Below are positions 1-10,953 of a stretch of DNA of 32,000 nucleotides, piece after piece (within the stretch, counting starts at the first letter, position 1; each line of letters opens with the position of its first letter). This DNA comes from Bigelowiella natans nucleomorph (taxonomy: Eukaryota; Protista; Cercozoa): the NCBI GenBank assembly GCA_000002455.1, contig DQ158857.1:60001-92000 (forward strand), given 5' to 3'. The notes below the pieces were generated by a model. It was given only the letters and a program-made list of their open reading frames with translations. It searched no databases and was not told where the DNA came from. The position numbers were made by a program, and so were the translations under genes.

Positions 1-1224
1 ATATTTAATTTTCACGTAAGTGTAAAAATTTTAGATCACTGAACAAAACAAAATTTCTGTATTTGATTTTTCTAATAATCAAAAGCTGTATTTCTCTAAT
101 TTGAGTTTTATTTTCAATATAAATTTATACTTAAATTATAAGGAAAAACTGAAATTTCGAGAACTAAACTTAAAACTAGATAATTACATCAAGTATTTTT
201 TCATTAATTAGTTTTGATTTATTTATAAGTACAGTAAAAACTAGTAACAAAAAACAATTTTCTGATATCTTTTATATTTTCGATAAAACAGTTATTAAAG
301 AATCAAATATTAACAATGAGATAAAATCTAAGTACAAGAAGCTTTTGGGAATAATGATGTATTCTAAGCCTTATTTGAGTAACACCAAGAAAAGTTATAT
401 TTTAAAAATTAGATTACTTAAAACAATTATATTATTCGATTAGAAAGCAAAAATACTCAAATAAAAACTATAAAATTAGTAACCATAAAATATTTCTAAG
501 TTTCTTAAAGTTATCATACTTATCATCAAAACTTTATTTACATAAAAAGGTATTTTACCTTGAATAGGTTAAATTCAGTACATTTGAAGAGATATTGTCT
601 ATTTTTTCTAGAGCTTTGTAAATTAGAAATAATTACTCTAAATAATTATAATTGAATTTAAATGTTTACAGATATTCCGTTGGTTTGTAATAAGTGTTTA
701 AGTAATAAAAAATATGTGACTTTCGTCAAAGTTATTTTGAAGTAAATAGGACAATAATATGAAAAAGTGTGTAATTAGTGGATTTAGTTTTTTTCCTTTT
801 ACTGTTAATGTTAATGGTCATAATATTAAAACTATAATTTGTAAAGAAATTGCAATTCTCAAATTAATTTGTCAAGTAAATATTACAAAATAGGTATGTC
901 TCTTGAACGTAGCAAATAACAATAATATTAAAAGAAAGCCATCAATAAGAATTAAATTAGATGATAAAAGTATCTCTAAAAAAAGAAATATGTATTAAAA
1001 TATATTTTAGTTGTACTACTTTCTTTAGAATAAATAGTAGAAATAATGAATTTGAAGAATTATACAATGAGCATGAACTTTTTCGATTTTGTTCATTAAA
1101 GATCAACAATAAGTATGGGATTGAGTACTTATCCTTAAATACCTCTGATCATAAAGGAAAGCTTAGAATAGTAATTGGTAATAAACGATTTCAATTTTTT
1201 AATTTAAAAGTATATATAATTTAA
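1..1224 (+). CDS. Partial multi-exon hypothetical protein (5' end outside window; possibly two genes, the second from ATG 759)
   Basis: The reading frame can be carried across short GT-AG introns (e.g. 16-34, 193-211, 876-893, 992-1010) into ORF 961-1224. I did not trace every junction. No family motif recognised. Confidence 0.45.
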
Positions 1225-1367
1225 AAAAGTATTTCATAAGAGCTTTTTATACATCTATATTGAAACAAAATAAATAAATCTTTAATTATTTATTATAAGT
1301 AAAGTATAAAAAATACACTTATTTTTTTGTTGATTCCAAAAAAAAATTTATTTAACCTATTATACTT

Positions 1368-1638
1368 TTAAATAAATTTAACTTTTAAAAAAGTAAGAAT
1401 ATTTGTCATTACTAAGGATGATTGACGAAATATTTGCTTTGTAGTTCTACTTGTATCAACTTTGAAGTTGGAAACTCCGAAAATATTTTTCCAGTTAAAA
1501 GGACCATGTTTACAATTTCTTGTGAAGTGATTATACTTTTATATAATGCGTTACTTCTCCGCATATTTCGCAGCTTATACTCATTATTTTGATGTTTTTT
1601 ATAATTGATAGCATGTTATTAGTTTTGGGTCTTAACAT
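1368..1638 (-). CDS. Small CCHC zinc-knuckle protein
   Basis: Removing the 19-nt intron 1536-1554 gives ...SCEICGEYNHFTRNCKHGP..., an exact C-x2-C-x4-H-x4-C knuckle. The 3' end may extend via a further 18-nt intron. Confidence 0.65.
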
Positions 1639-1693
1639 TATGTATAAAAGTAGATCTAATTAAAAAAACTACTACTTCTGTGTTGTGGTATTA

Positions 1694-2416
1694 ATGGTAC
1701 AACCTAAAAAAAAGTTTTCTAAGCAGACAAAGTTAAATTAGAAATAAAGAAAAATTAATTACTTAGAAAAATTCAAAAATACAAAAGAGTGGAAAATAGT
1801 AATTGCTCCTAAGATATTTGAATATAAAATTATAGGATACATTATTAATAATAAATACACTAATAATTCAGGTCGACTAAAGGAAATTTCAAAAAGAAAT
1901 TTGGAAGTTTCTTTATCTGAGCTAATAAATGTTTTTAAACTCAAAATAGGATTATTCAAGCTATTATAAGATTATAAAATTACAACCTTATACTATGAAT
2001 AAAATGTTTATTAGAACTACATTTAATGTGATTATATTGTATTTTAGGGTTTTAGACTCTCGTATGACTTTATTTTCTCAATGGTTTTAAAGCCTACTAA
2101 ACTAGTAGAATTTTCAATAAAAATAAACACACTAAAAAAAAAAGTTGTAGAAATATTCGTCCTTTACACAATAACTAAAAATTTACATTCGAACTCAATA
2201 ACGTATGGGAAAAGATCACGAATTAGAAAAATAAACCGAGAATCAATATTATGCATTAAAAAAATGCTTGAAAATAAACCCATTGATTTTATTTATAAAA
2301 TATGTTGTTCAGATGTAATAGGAAATTCAATAAAAAGAAGATCTAAACGTAAAAATACTTAAATAGGGGTAATTCCAATAAAAAATTTTATAATCAGTAG
2401 AATTAAGCATAAGTAA
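1694..2416 (+). CDS. rps3a: 40S ribosomal protein S3a (eS1)
   Basis: Four introns (18, 19, 20, 18 nt; last at 2349-2366). Spliced product has KEWKIVIAPKIF, LEVSLSEL, TTFNGFRLSYD and VIPIKNFIISRIK, collinear with eS1. Confidence 0.88.
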
Positions 2417-2516
2417 TCTAAGTTTAATTTAATTAAACTATAACTAATGAAAAAGTTTGACAAAAAATATTTTGGAATACAATTTAAAGACTATGTTTTA
2501 AAAACATATTCTAAAG

Positions 2517-3266
2517 ATGGTTGAAACAATAACAATAGATGAAAAAAACTTATTCACTAAAAATGAAATAGCAACAATTTCTAAAAGATATGATACAATC
2601 ATTAGAAAAGAAGCAAAAAATAAAATTTCTAAGAGAAAGAAACTTAGAAATAAAGACGAAAAAATTTTTAAAAATGAAGAGAAAATGATACAGGTTAGAA
2701 AAATACATATTAATCCAAAAAGAGTAAGTATAGCTGACATGAATAGCAAAAGTTACAAATTAATTTCATATTTTAAAGTTAGTTGTTACTCATAGATATT
2801 TAATAAATATATAGATGTTCCTAGCGTTTGGAATTCAAAACAAAAGTATCTTATAGGGAATAAAAACAAAGTAGCAGAAAAATATATAACTAGTGATGAA
2901 ATAAGATTTAATAATGATAAAGAGCAAAGTGGTTTTGCAAAATTTAAAGGCTTTAAGTCTTTTTTTGCTTCAAAAAAGCTTTCACTCAGACTTTTTCCCT
3001 TTGGTCAATTTTATTACGAAGGTAAAGAACGTGAGTCAAGCATCCATTCATTTGTACCAGGCTTTCTTTCTGAATCCCTAAGAAATGCTCTTGGCATCAG
3101 TAAAAAAGCACTTCCCCCTTGGATTGTAAATTTTAAAAGGTTCGGTAGACCTCCGTCCTATCCTACTCTAGATATTACTTATGGATTATCCACTGATTCA
3201 GTCATTGGTTTTGGCAATGAGATTTTGAAGTTTTATAAGTCTGATAAATTTAGTTATTGGGTTTAA
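2517..3266 (+). CDS. sf3b2: U2 snRNP splicing factor SF3B2/SAP145/Cus1 (reduced)
   Basis: 18-nt intron 2778-2795. Motifs IDVPSVWNSKQKYL, FGQFYYEGKERE and PGFLSESLRNALG...LPPWIVNFKRFGRPPSYPTL (PSP domain). An upstream ATG at 2447 is possible via a 22-nt intron. Confidence 0.92.
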
Positions 3267-3304
3267 CTTATTTGTTTTTAATTTAATGTCTATTTATAAA
3301 TTAA

Positions 3305-3765
3305 ATGAAAAAATTTAATACATTAATGCATAATACAAAAAAATATTCTCTTAATAGACGTTCAATTTGTAATATGAAAAAGTTTGTTTATGTAATAACT
3401 TCATTAATAGAAAAATTCCTTTATTTATTTGAATATTGATAAAAACGTTTCTTTTGACAATGGAATTTTTTCTATTTCTTGTAACTCGGGGTTATTATCG
3501 ACGTTTCGTTCAAAAGGAAAAAGCAACAATTTAAGCACTTACAACTGTATTTTTGTACCTGTTATTTCCGATGCAAAGGTTGAACTCGTCATTTTAGATT
3601 AAAAGATGGATAGGAATGAAATTAGATATTAAGAATGAAACTGTTTTAGAAAATATTTTATTTGATTGTGAAGTTGAATCAGTAACTTTTAACAGTTATT
3701 ATAGTCAAAAGATTTTTAATTATGATGATATAAAGTTAGTAATAAAGTATTTCTATATTATTTAG
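3305..3765 (+). CDS. Hypothetical protein, ~140 aa
   Basis: ATG-to-TAG frame is open after removing 19-nt GT-AG introns 3392-3410 and 3579-3597. No motif recognised. Confidence 0.65.
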
Positions 3766-3791
3766 TTTTAAAACTTTGGAAGTTAATACAT

Positions 3792-6700
3792 CTAAATTGG
3801 TTTAACATTAGACAAGGCGATTAGTGATAATTTGATTATGGATCGATAAAAATTGGAATTGTCAGACAACGACAAGTGATCTAGGTGATAATTAGTTTTT
3901 TCTTTTTTATGTTCTTTTATAATAATTAACCTTTTTTTTTTATTATATTTTCTATATGCAATATTGAGAAAAGCGGAATTGCGATGTTTGTTCATATGCT
4001 CATAGTATTTATTATAAATAAAAAGTTTGAAAATTAGTGAATTTTTAGAAATTGATTTTCTATTTTTTCGGATTTTTTTGCTCTTGCTATCATTCAACCT
4101 TTGTCCAATAAGTCTACAGCCATCAGCTAAATAAATATTGAGATACGGTTTGATAAAATGCTTTATAGTAGAAACAAAATTATAAAAACCAAGTATCAAT
4201 CTATTAGATAAATAATTCTGGGCTTCAACTATTGAATTTCTAAGTGATATCGATATATTTATCATACTTGCTGAATTAATTTTAAAATTAGTTCTAAAAA
4301 ATGTGTTATCTTTGACAAATAAATATTCTATATAGACTAGGAAGCATTTATTAAGCACTTTTAGTGAATATTGAAAAAAAGTATTAAAATTACTATTCAT
4401 GTTTTTAAATTTGTAATTTTTAAATTTTTGATAGTTTATTAAATTATAAAGTAACTTTTCATGAAAACATTTAAGTAATTTATAAGGATTATGTTTGTAA
4501 GAATTTTTTAAGATTGTAAAAAGTATCATTGAGCATAGTTTTATTTGTAAAATATAATAAGATTGATTTTTTAGCAATCTAGTTTTAATAGAAAGTTTAT
4601 TGTGATATCTTAAAAAGTATGCTTTAATAGGATAAAAAAATAAAAAAATATATTTCAAATTGGTGTATAATAATTTTGGTGAGCTAGATTGATTTATATT
4701 TCTAAGAACTTCATTATGAATCTTTAATATTTTTATTATAGTTTGATTAAGAATATACTTCTTGTAAATAAAGTAGCGTGATATCTTGACTATCATAGAT
4801 AAAGTCTTAGCAACGAAACCGGTTATTTTAAAGCTTTTTTTTAATTTTTTTGTATATAAAAGTTTTATGAATAAATCTCTAAAATATTTACTTGTGCTCA
4901 TTTTATACTCTAATGTAATTTCATCTTCGTTAAATTTAATTAAACTATAAAGTTTTTTCTTATTCATTCCTAGCAATTTTTTATCTTTTCTAGAAGAAAA
5001 ATGTTTTATTTCTTCGTAAAAATCAGAAGAATTTTTTTCTAAATGTCTTGATAGAGTGTCTACAGTTTCATGCAAAGAACTATTTATAACATTTTCATTG
5101 AAGCCAATCCATAAACAAGTTTTAGTATTGTCACAATTACTAAAAGAGTATAAAGGTCTAATTAAAGCTACAATTAACCGAAAATAGATCAATAAAACCC
5201 GATATAAAGAAATATAAACTTTACTATATGCATGCTCCGTTATCAATTTTATAAGAAAATTTCTCGCTTTTATATAGTTAATAATCGTGTGATTTTTTAA
5301 GAAATCAAATCTACTGATTTCTTTATTAGGTCTGTCTTTATTTTTTAATTCGCAATTCTTTTGATTTAATAAATTATTTTCAAAATATTTATTATAATCA
5401 TTCATATTTATTAAAGAACATTGCATTAAAATCCTAATCTTATAAAAAGAAAAGTTTTGATAGAGATAATGAATGCTTTGCATTAATGAAATATTTAATC
5501 TTATATTGGACTTTGAAATTAAGAATAATTGATTGGGTATATTTAAATAAATTTGAAAATTATAGATAGTTTTGTAAAAATTTGGTTTATTGCTTGTTTG
5601 AATTTTTTCTGTTCGTCGATTGCTAGTTTCATAAAAAGAGTTTTTATATAGCATAATTTTAGACATGGCTTTGTAATCTATACGATTAATTAGTATTTGT
5701 AAATGAAAAGCTTTTTTTTTTAAATATAGCTTATCAATTGTTTCTAAAGAAAACATTTTATGCAAACAAACATAGTATTCTTTTGTAATGAATGATTTAC
5801 ACAAGCTATGGAATTTTATCAATGACAAATTATTGAACATAAAATTATTATTATATTTTAAGAAATGTTTGTTTTTTTTAAACTATTAAACCAATCAATA
5901 CATTTTTTCTGTTCAAATTACATCTAAAAAGCTGCTCTTGATTATGGAACACGTAAAAGTTCTAAATGATATTATTATACGTGATTTATATGAATATTCA
6001 ATTTTTTAGATAGTAATATGAATCTAATGATAGTACTATAATATTTTTTATCTAACAGATTACTGTTTCTCGAAAATATATTAAAAGTTATTTTAAATGA
6101 ATTTAGTAGAACTATTAAGAATAACCCGTTGTAATAATATTTTGTTAACTGAAAAAAATAGCCGTTATTTTTTTCAAAATTGTTTACATACGTTGAAATA
6201 TGACCTTTTTCAAGAATTACATACATTCCAATATTGATTTTTGACTTTTTGTTTCGATTTTAATTTTTGTTTCATTAAGATTCATGTAGTTAACAAGAAA
6301 ACTTGATTTAATGAAAAAGTTAATTGATTCAAAGTAAGCTATATACTCAAGGTAATAGTTAAGTTTTAATTTCATAGACCTTTTTGATCCGCTGATAAAC
6401 TTACTTTTATGATTTAAGGTGTTAAAGTGTGGTAGTAAATTTTTTAAAATCCCTAGTCTAAAAAATAAAAATGGTATGCTTAATTTTGTTATTTTGTAGA
6501 GTCTTGATAAAACAGTATATAATCTAGTTATTCTTTTCACGATCTCTAACCTAAAATTGATGAGCACATTATTATACAATGAAAATGTCTGATTTAATTT
6601 TTAGTACATTAAAAGTAGCTTTAGATAAAAATTCATGTTTATAATATAAAAATAAGTAAATTTTAGTTGAAATTCGCTTAGTTCTCTTGCTAGAATCATC

Positions 6701-7784
6701 TAACTCATTTAATTTTCTATACTATTTTTATAATAAAGTACTTTTCCATGTAATTGAATTTTTAAATTTTGTTTGAAAAAACTGATAAAATACTCGATAC
6801 GAAAAGTTTCAAATATCTTTATTCTTTTAAATGATAAGTAATAGTTCATATTAACTCTCTAATTCTTTAAGCGTTAACCCTGTTGTTAAAAAGAGTAATT
6901 TTTTTATCATAATTTTTTGAGAAAAATTTCGGTAAAATAAGTTTATCTATTAACTTTAAAAGAATTTTTCTATTCGTTTCTTCTTTATTTGTTGAATGTG
7001 TTTGGAGTACTTTCTAAATATTAGACTTATAACTTTCACGCTAGTAGATACAATAGAATCTAATCCATAACATTCTCTTAATGATGTCATATTAGAATAA
7101 ATCTTTAGTAACATAATAATATTACGACTAAAAAATTTATTGTAAAAACAATCTTTTTTCTTTACTAATAGTATACTCTTTTTAATACTTGATAAGTACT
7201 TATTACTAAATATTAACTTTAAAAATCTCTCTAAATAATAATAAAAAGAAAATTTTCGTAAAATAATAGAGCTCAAATTTAATAGCTGATTTTTTTAAAC
7301 TCAATTGATACTTAATTTTTTTTAAAAATATTTTATAAAAAAGAAAAATATCATTATACGAAAAGGATTTTCTTAATCCATTATCAAGTTTTAAAAAATT
7401 TAATATAGTAATAATTAACGTTTTGTAGCTATTAATACTCGAATAGATATTCTTTAAAAAAGAAGTATCAGATTTTATAAAATTACTTATCATTATAATA
7501 GCCTTTTTTTTTAAAATCTTCGAATTTTCTATTTTAAAGTAATATAGTTTATTAGATAAATAATTAAAAAATTTAGTAATTTGAATAAAATACTCTCGGT
7601 TTTGGAAGAATATTGTTTTTTGCTGTTCAAAACAATTTTGTAATGAAGATAGACCTTTTCGGCTTTTATGAAAGATAATTTTTTTGGTTTTAAGTTCTAA
7701 TATTTCTTTAATATTTCTTTTGAGATACATAATTCTGTTATAAAAGGAGATGCAATTTTTCAATTTTGTAATATCAGTCAACAT
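3792..7784 (-). CDS. Large hypothetical protein, ~1278 aa, 9 exons
   Basis: Five track ORFs plus small exons join in frame through eight 19-20-nt GT-AG introns (first at 7199-7217). No family recognised. Confidence 0.75.
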
Positions 7785-7825
7785 GATTTAATAAATTTTA
7801 GTTAACAAATTAACTAAAGTCTTTA

Positions 7826-8275
7826 ATCCCCGAACGTAAAGTATTAAATAAGTATTACCCACACGATTTCGATCCATCTAAAGTCTACAAGCGTAAAAAA
7901 TCTGGTAGTAAAATTGTTAGAGTAAGAACAATGATTCCTTTTACCGCTATTTGTGTTCAATGCGGAACTTATTTATATAGAGGTACCAAATTTAATACAA
8001 TTAAAAAAAAGATTAGCAACCAAACTTATTTAGGTATCGAACTTTATAGATTTTATATGAATTGCAAAGTTTGTAATGCGATCTTTTATTTTAGAACTGA
8101 TCCAAAATCTGGTTCTTATCAAATTGAAAAAGGATTAAAGCACATTAAATTAATAAACTCGAATAAACCAGCTGCTAAGAATAGTAACAATGACAGAGAA
8201 TTTTATTTAAAACTTAAAAACATACCTAATAACAAATATTTAAAAATTATATTAAATAAGTTTAAGAATAAATAA
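7826..8275 (+). CDS. yju2: Splicing factor Yju2/Cwc16/CCDC94
   Basis: In-frame extension upstream of ORF 7931 reads (I)PERKVLNKYYPHDFDPSK. Zn-binding CVQC...CKVC and FRTDPKS motifs present. The initiator position is ATC, not ATG. Confidence 0.92.
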   Translation: MPERKVLNKYYPHDFDPSKVYKRKKSGSKIVRVRTMIPFTAICVQCGTYLYRGTKFNTIKKKISNQTYLGIELYRFYMNCKVCNAIFYFRTDPKSGSYQIEKGLKHIKLINSNKPAAKNSNNDREFYLKLKNIPNNKYLKIILNKFKNK

Positions 8276-8276
8276 A

Positions 8277-8986
8277 TCATTTTTTTTCAATCCAAATTGT
8301 ACTCGTCAAGATATTTCTCGTTTTAAACTTGTCATTATTAAGATAAAGCTTAGTATTTTTCGAATTCTGATAACTTTTACTACATTGTTTTTTAAAATAC
8401 TTTTTCTAGTTTTGTTACTTTTGATTTTTCAATTAAATATAATAATATCTCAAAAGATATATAATGTTCATTTGTTTTTTCATAGTATTTATCAAAGAGA
8501 AAAAATGCCAAACACCATGAATTTATATTACTATCGATACTATTAGAATAAAAAGAATAATTGTTATCCAGGATCTTTAAAACCGATGTTAAATATAAAG
8601 TATCAATAAATAAATTGGAACTATTTTCATGTAAATTGTGATGAATTTTATAAGATATTTCCTCAACGTCTATCGATTTATTCTATTAGGAAAATTACAA
8701 CCATAGCACTTTTTTTATTCGTAAAAAAAATATTGTTATTCTTGATATAGCGAGGATAAATTTCATAAGATGATACATTTACTTTTCTTAAAACATTGGA
8801 TCTTAGTAAAAACTTTGAAATAGATTTATCATTCACTTTCATACTACTATTGGATATTTTGAATTTTTTTAGGTTTTTTACTTCAAGTATATACTTATTA
8901 TTTTCGATTTTGTTAGATTTGAATATATTCTAAATCAAATTATATATTACTTCATTTATTTTTTTATTACTATTTAGCATGATCAT
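8277..8986 (-). CDS. Hypothetical protein, ~216 aa
   Basis: Open from ATG 8986 to TGA 8277 after removing three GT-AG introns (21, 19, 19 nt). No motif recognised. Confidence 0.6.
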
Positions 8987-9013
8987 AAATTTGTTATTTA
9001 TATAAAGTAGAAG

Positions 9014-9637
9014 TTATTTTAAAATTTTATCAATTAGACCATAGTTAGTAGCTTGTTTTGAAGACATGAAATAATCTCTGTCGGTATCAACTAATATCTC
9101 ATTGAGAGGTTTGCGACAAAAATCTGATAGGTAGCCACTTAGTACTAATTTGAAATATAATATTTCGTTTGCTTGTATTTCTACACCTAGAGAATCACCA
9201 AAAGCCCCTCCTAAAGGCTGATGAATCATAATTCTACTATTTAATAAAGCTTGTCGATAATTTCTAGATCCAGAAGCCAACAAAAATGCTCCCATAGAGG
9301 CAGCCAAAGCCAAACATACAGTATTATTTCTTACTTTTACATAGTTTAAAGCGTCCATAATTTTTAGGCCTGCTGTAACTGAACCACCTGGTGAATTAAT
9401 TAATAATGTTAATTCTTTGTTATTGTCAACTGACTTAGTAAACAATGCTTTTTTAAAAATCAAATCAGCTATATTATCATCCACTCCCCCGTATAGCGAT
9501 AAAATAGTGTTATTGTTAAATTTAAATTTAGAACATTTTGTAGAAAAAAGCATACATCTTTCACTTTTCACTGTAGAATATAGGTTTGATTTGATTGACA
9601 TTTTTGTATTACTAAACAAAAAAGAAACTCTAGTCAT
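9014..9637 (-). CDS. clpP: Plastid-type ATP-dependent Clp protease proteolytic subunit, catalytic triad intact
   Basis: INSPGGSV, AASMGAFLLASG (Ser), IMIHQPLGG (His) and DTDRDYFMS (Asp). S/K/F-rich N-terminal extension resembles a transit peptide. First ATG is at 9637. Confidence 0.95.
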   Translation of the reverse strand: MTRVSFLFSNTKMSIKSNLYSTVKSERCMLFSTKCSKFKFNNNTILSLYGGVDDNIADLIFKKALFTKSVDNNKELTLLINSPGGSVTAGLKIMDALNYVKVRNNTVCLALAASMGAFLLASGSRNYRQALLNSRIMIHQPLGGAFGDSLGVEIQANEILYFKLVLSGYLSDFCRKPLNEILVDTDRDYFMSSKQATNYGLIDKILK

Positions 9638-9699
9638 ATAATATGACAAAATGGGTTCTGTATTTAGCCAGTGCTAATTTTTAAATTATTATAATAATG

Positions 9700-9793
9700 A
9701 GGGGTAAAAATAAGTTAAGCGGAATTATTTTCAACTAGCATTCAATCTCATCAAGAAAATCATTTGAGATTGTTTGTCCCCAAGCGCAAGTTT
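9700..9793 (-). ncRNA. U4: U4 spliceosomal snRNA (3' end uncertain)
   Basis: Minus strand reads AAACUUGCGCUUGGGG (U4/U6 stem II arm), a 5' stem-loop CAAUCUCA-AAUGA..UGA-UGAGAUUG with kink-turn GA motifs, UGCUAGUUGAAAA (stem I arm) and an Sm-like AUUUUUA. Confidence 0.88.
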
Positions 9794-9849
9794 AAAAGTA
9801 GAATGATTTTTCAATATTAATTTTTTTTTGAATTTTTAATATATAGTAA

Positions 9850-9882
9850 TTTAATAAATTATCCCTAGGATAATTTATTAAA
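9850..9882. repeat. Perfect 15-bp inverted repeat with 3-nt spacer
   Basis: TTTAATAAATTATCC-CTA-GGATAATTTATTAAA, lying between the divergent U4 and tRNA genes. Confidence 0.9.
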
Positions 9883-9952
9883 GTAATTCTTATTTATTTA
9901 AAATATTATATTTATTAAAATTGTGTTCAATTAATTTTATTATTGACGAAAT

Positions 9953-10029
9953 ACCCAAGTAGCTTAGTGGTAGAGCGCAAGGCTCTTAATCAAACCTTGT
10001 AGTCATGGGTTCAAGTCCCATCTTGGGTA
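9953..10029 (+). tRNA. trnK-CUU: tRNA-Lys(CUU) with a 5-nt intron at 9989-9993
   Basis: Acceptor ACCCAAG/CTTGGGT, D arm GCTT-AGTGGTA-GAGC, anticodon stem CAAGG/CCTTG enclosing the 12-nt loop CT-CTT-A-(ATCAA)-A, T arm ATGGG-TTCAAGT-CCCAT. Confidence 0.93.
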
Positions 10030-10953
10030 ATTAGCTTCCTTAGTGTAGTTATGTTATTCGGCATTCTTGCTTCTAGTTTATTTTTTTTATAAGCTTTCTT
10101 TAAAAGGACAGAAAATCTTATAAGCTTACTTTTGGATTCTTTATTATACTTATTAATTAATTCTTGTTTTTTCACTATTGTTTTGATTTCCATAACTCTT
10201 CTATTAATTGTATGCTGGCTTATATTGGTAATGCTCTCTATGGTTTTGATGCAACTTTTTAAACCTTTATTATATTAGTAAACCTAAAATTTTTAATGCT
10301 ATAAAAATTGATGCTCCATATACTCCGAAAGGACTAACTGCTTTCCCTTTCCATAAAAAATTTGAACTATTAACTATCTTGAGTGAATATTTAGCTACTC
10401 TACTCGTGTTATTACCTAATTTTAGTTGATTTGTATATTTATTTATATATAAACTTGGATCTGTATATCTTTTATACAAAATTAAACTTACTGTTACAAA
10501 TTATTTCACTGATGTTAAACTTGCGACAAAATTTAAAGAATATTGGTATTAGCTCTAATACACTAATATTGAATAATTTTCCATAATCATACAAATTTAA
10601 CGGTATTTTTTCATTTTTACATGCAATAAAGCATAATATTATTAAAAACTATTTTTTTTTTAAAACATGAAATATTTTATTTGAAAGGTAAAGAAGAAGA
10701 ACAATTAATAGTTTGAAATAAAAGAAATTTAGCCTGTGAATATACTCTTTTTTTATGAATAATCTTAGTTTTTAAAATAATTTTTTTCAATACTCTAGAA
10801 AATCTAACTATATTTAATAGTATCTTATTATTTTATTATTACATTTTCAGAATGAGAATTGCTATTTCTTCTCATTTCATACCAAGTAATTAGTTTATTT
10901 ATCCTATGTTTAAAATCGAGTTCATTAATTCGATCATTTTGTTTCATATTCAT
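10011..10953 (-). CDS. brf1: TFIIB-family factor, most like BRF1 (TFIIIB subunit); 5' part not cleanly in frame
   Basis: Spliced exons give LCFIACKNEKIPLNLYDYG, TDPSLYINKY, PFGVYGASIFIALK and HTINRRVMEI (cyclin-fold repeats; DPSLYI is BRF-like). One frame break near 10670-10790 cannot be explained by an 18-21-nt intron. Confidence 0.72.

Noticed and set aside
1759-2749. Minus-strand ORFs 1759-1959 and 2498-2749
   Set aside because: Antisense shadows of rps3a and sf3b2; their hydrophobicity comes from A-rich sense codons.
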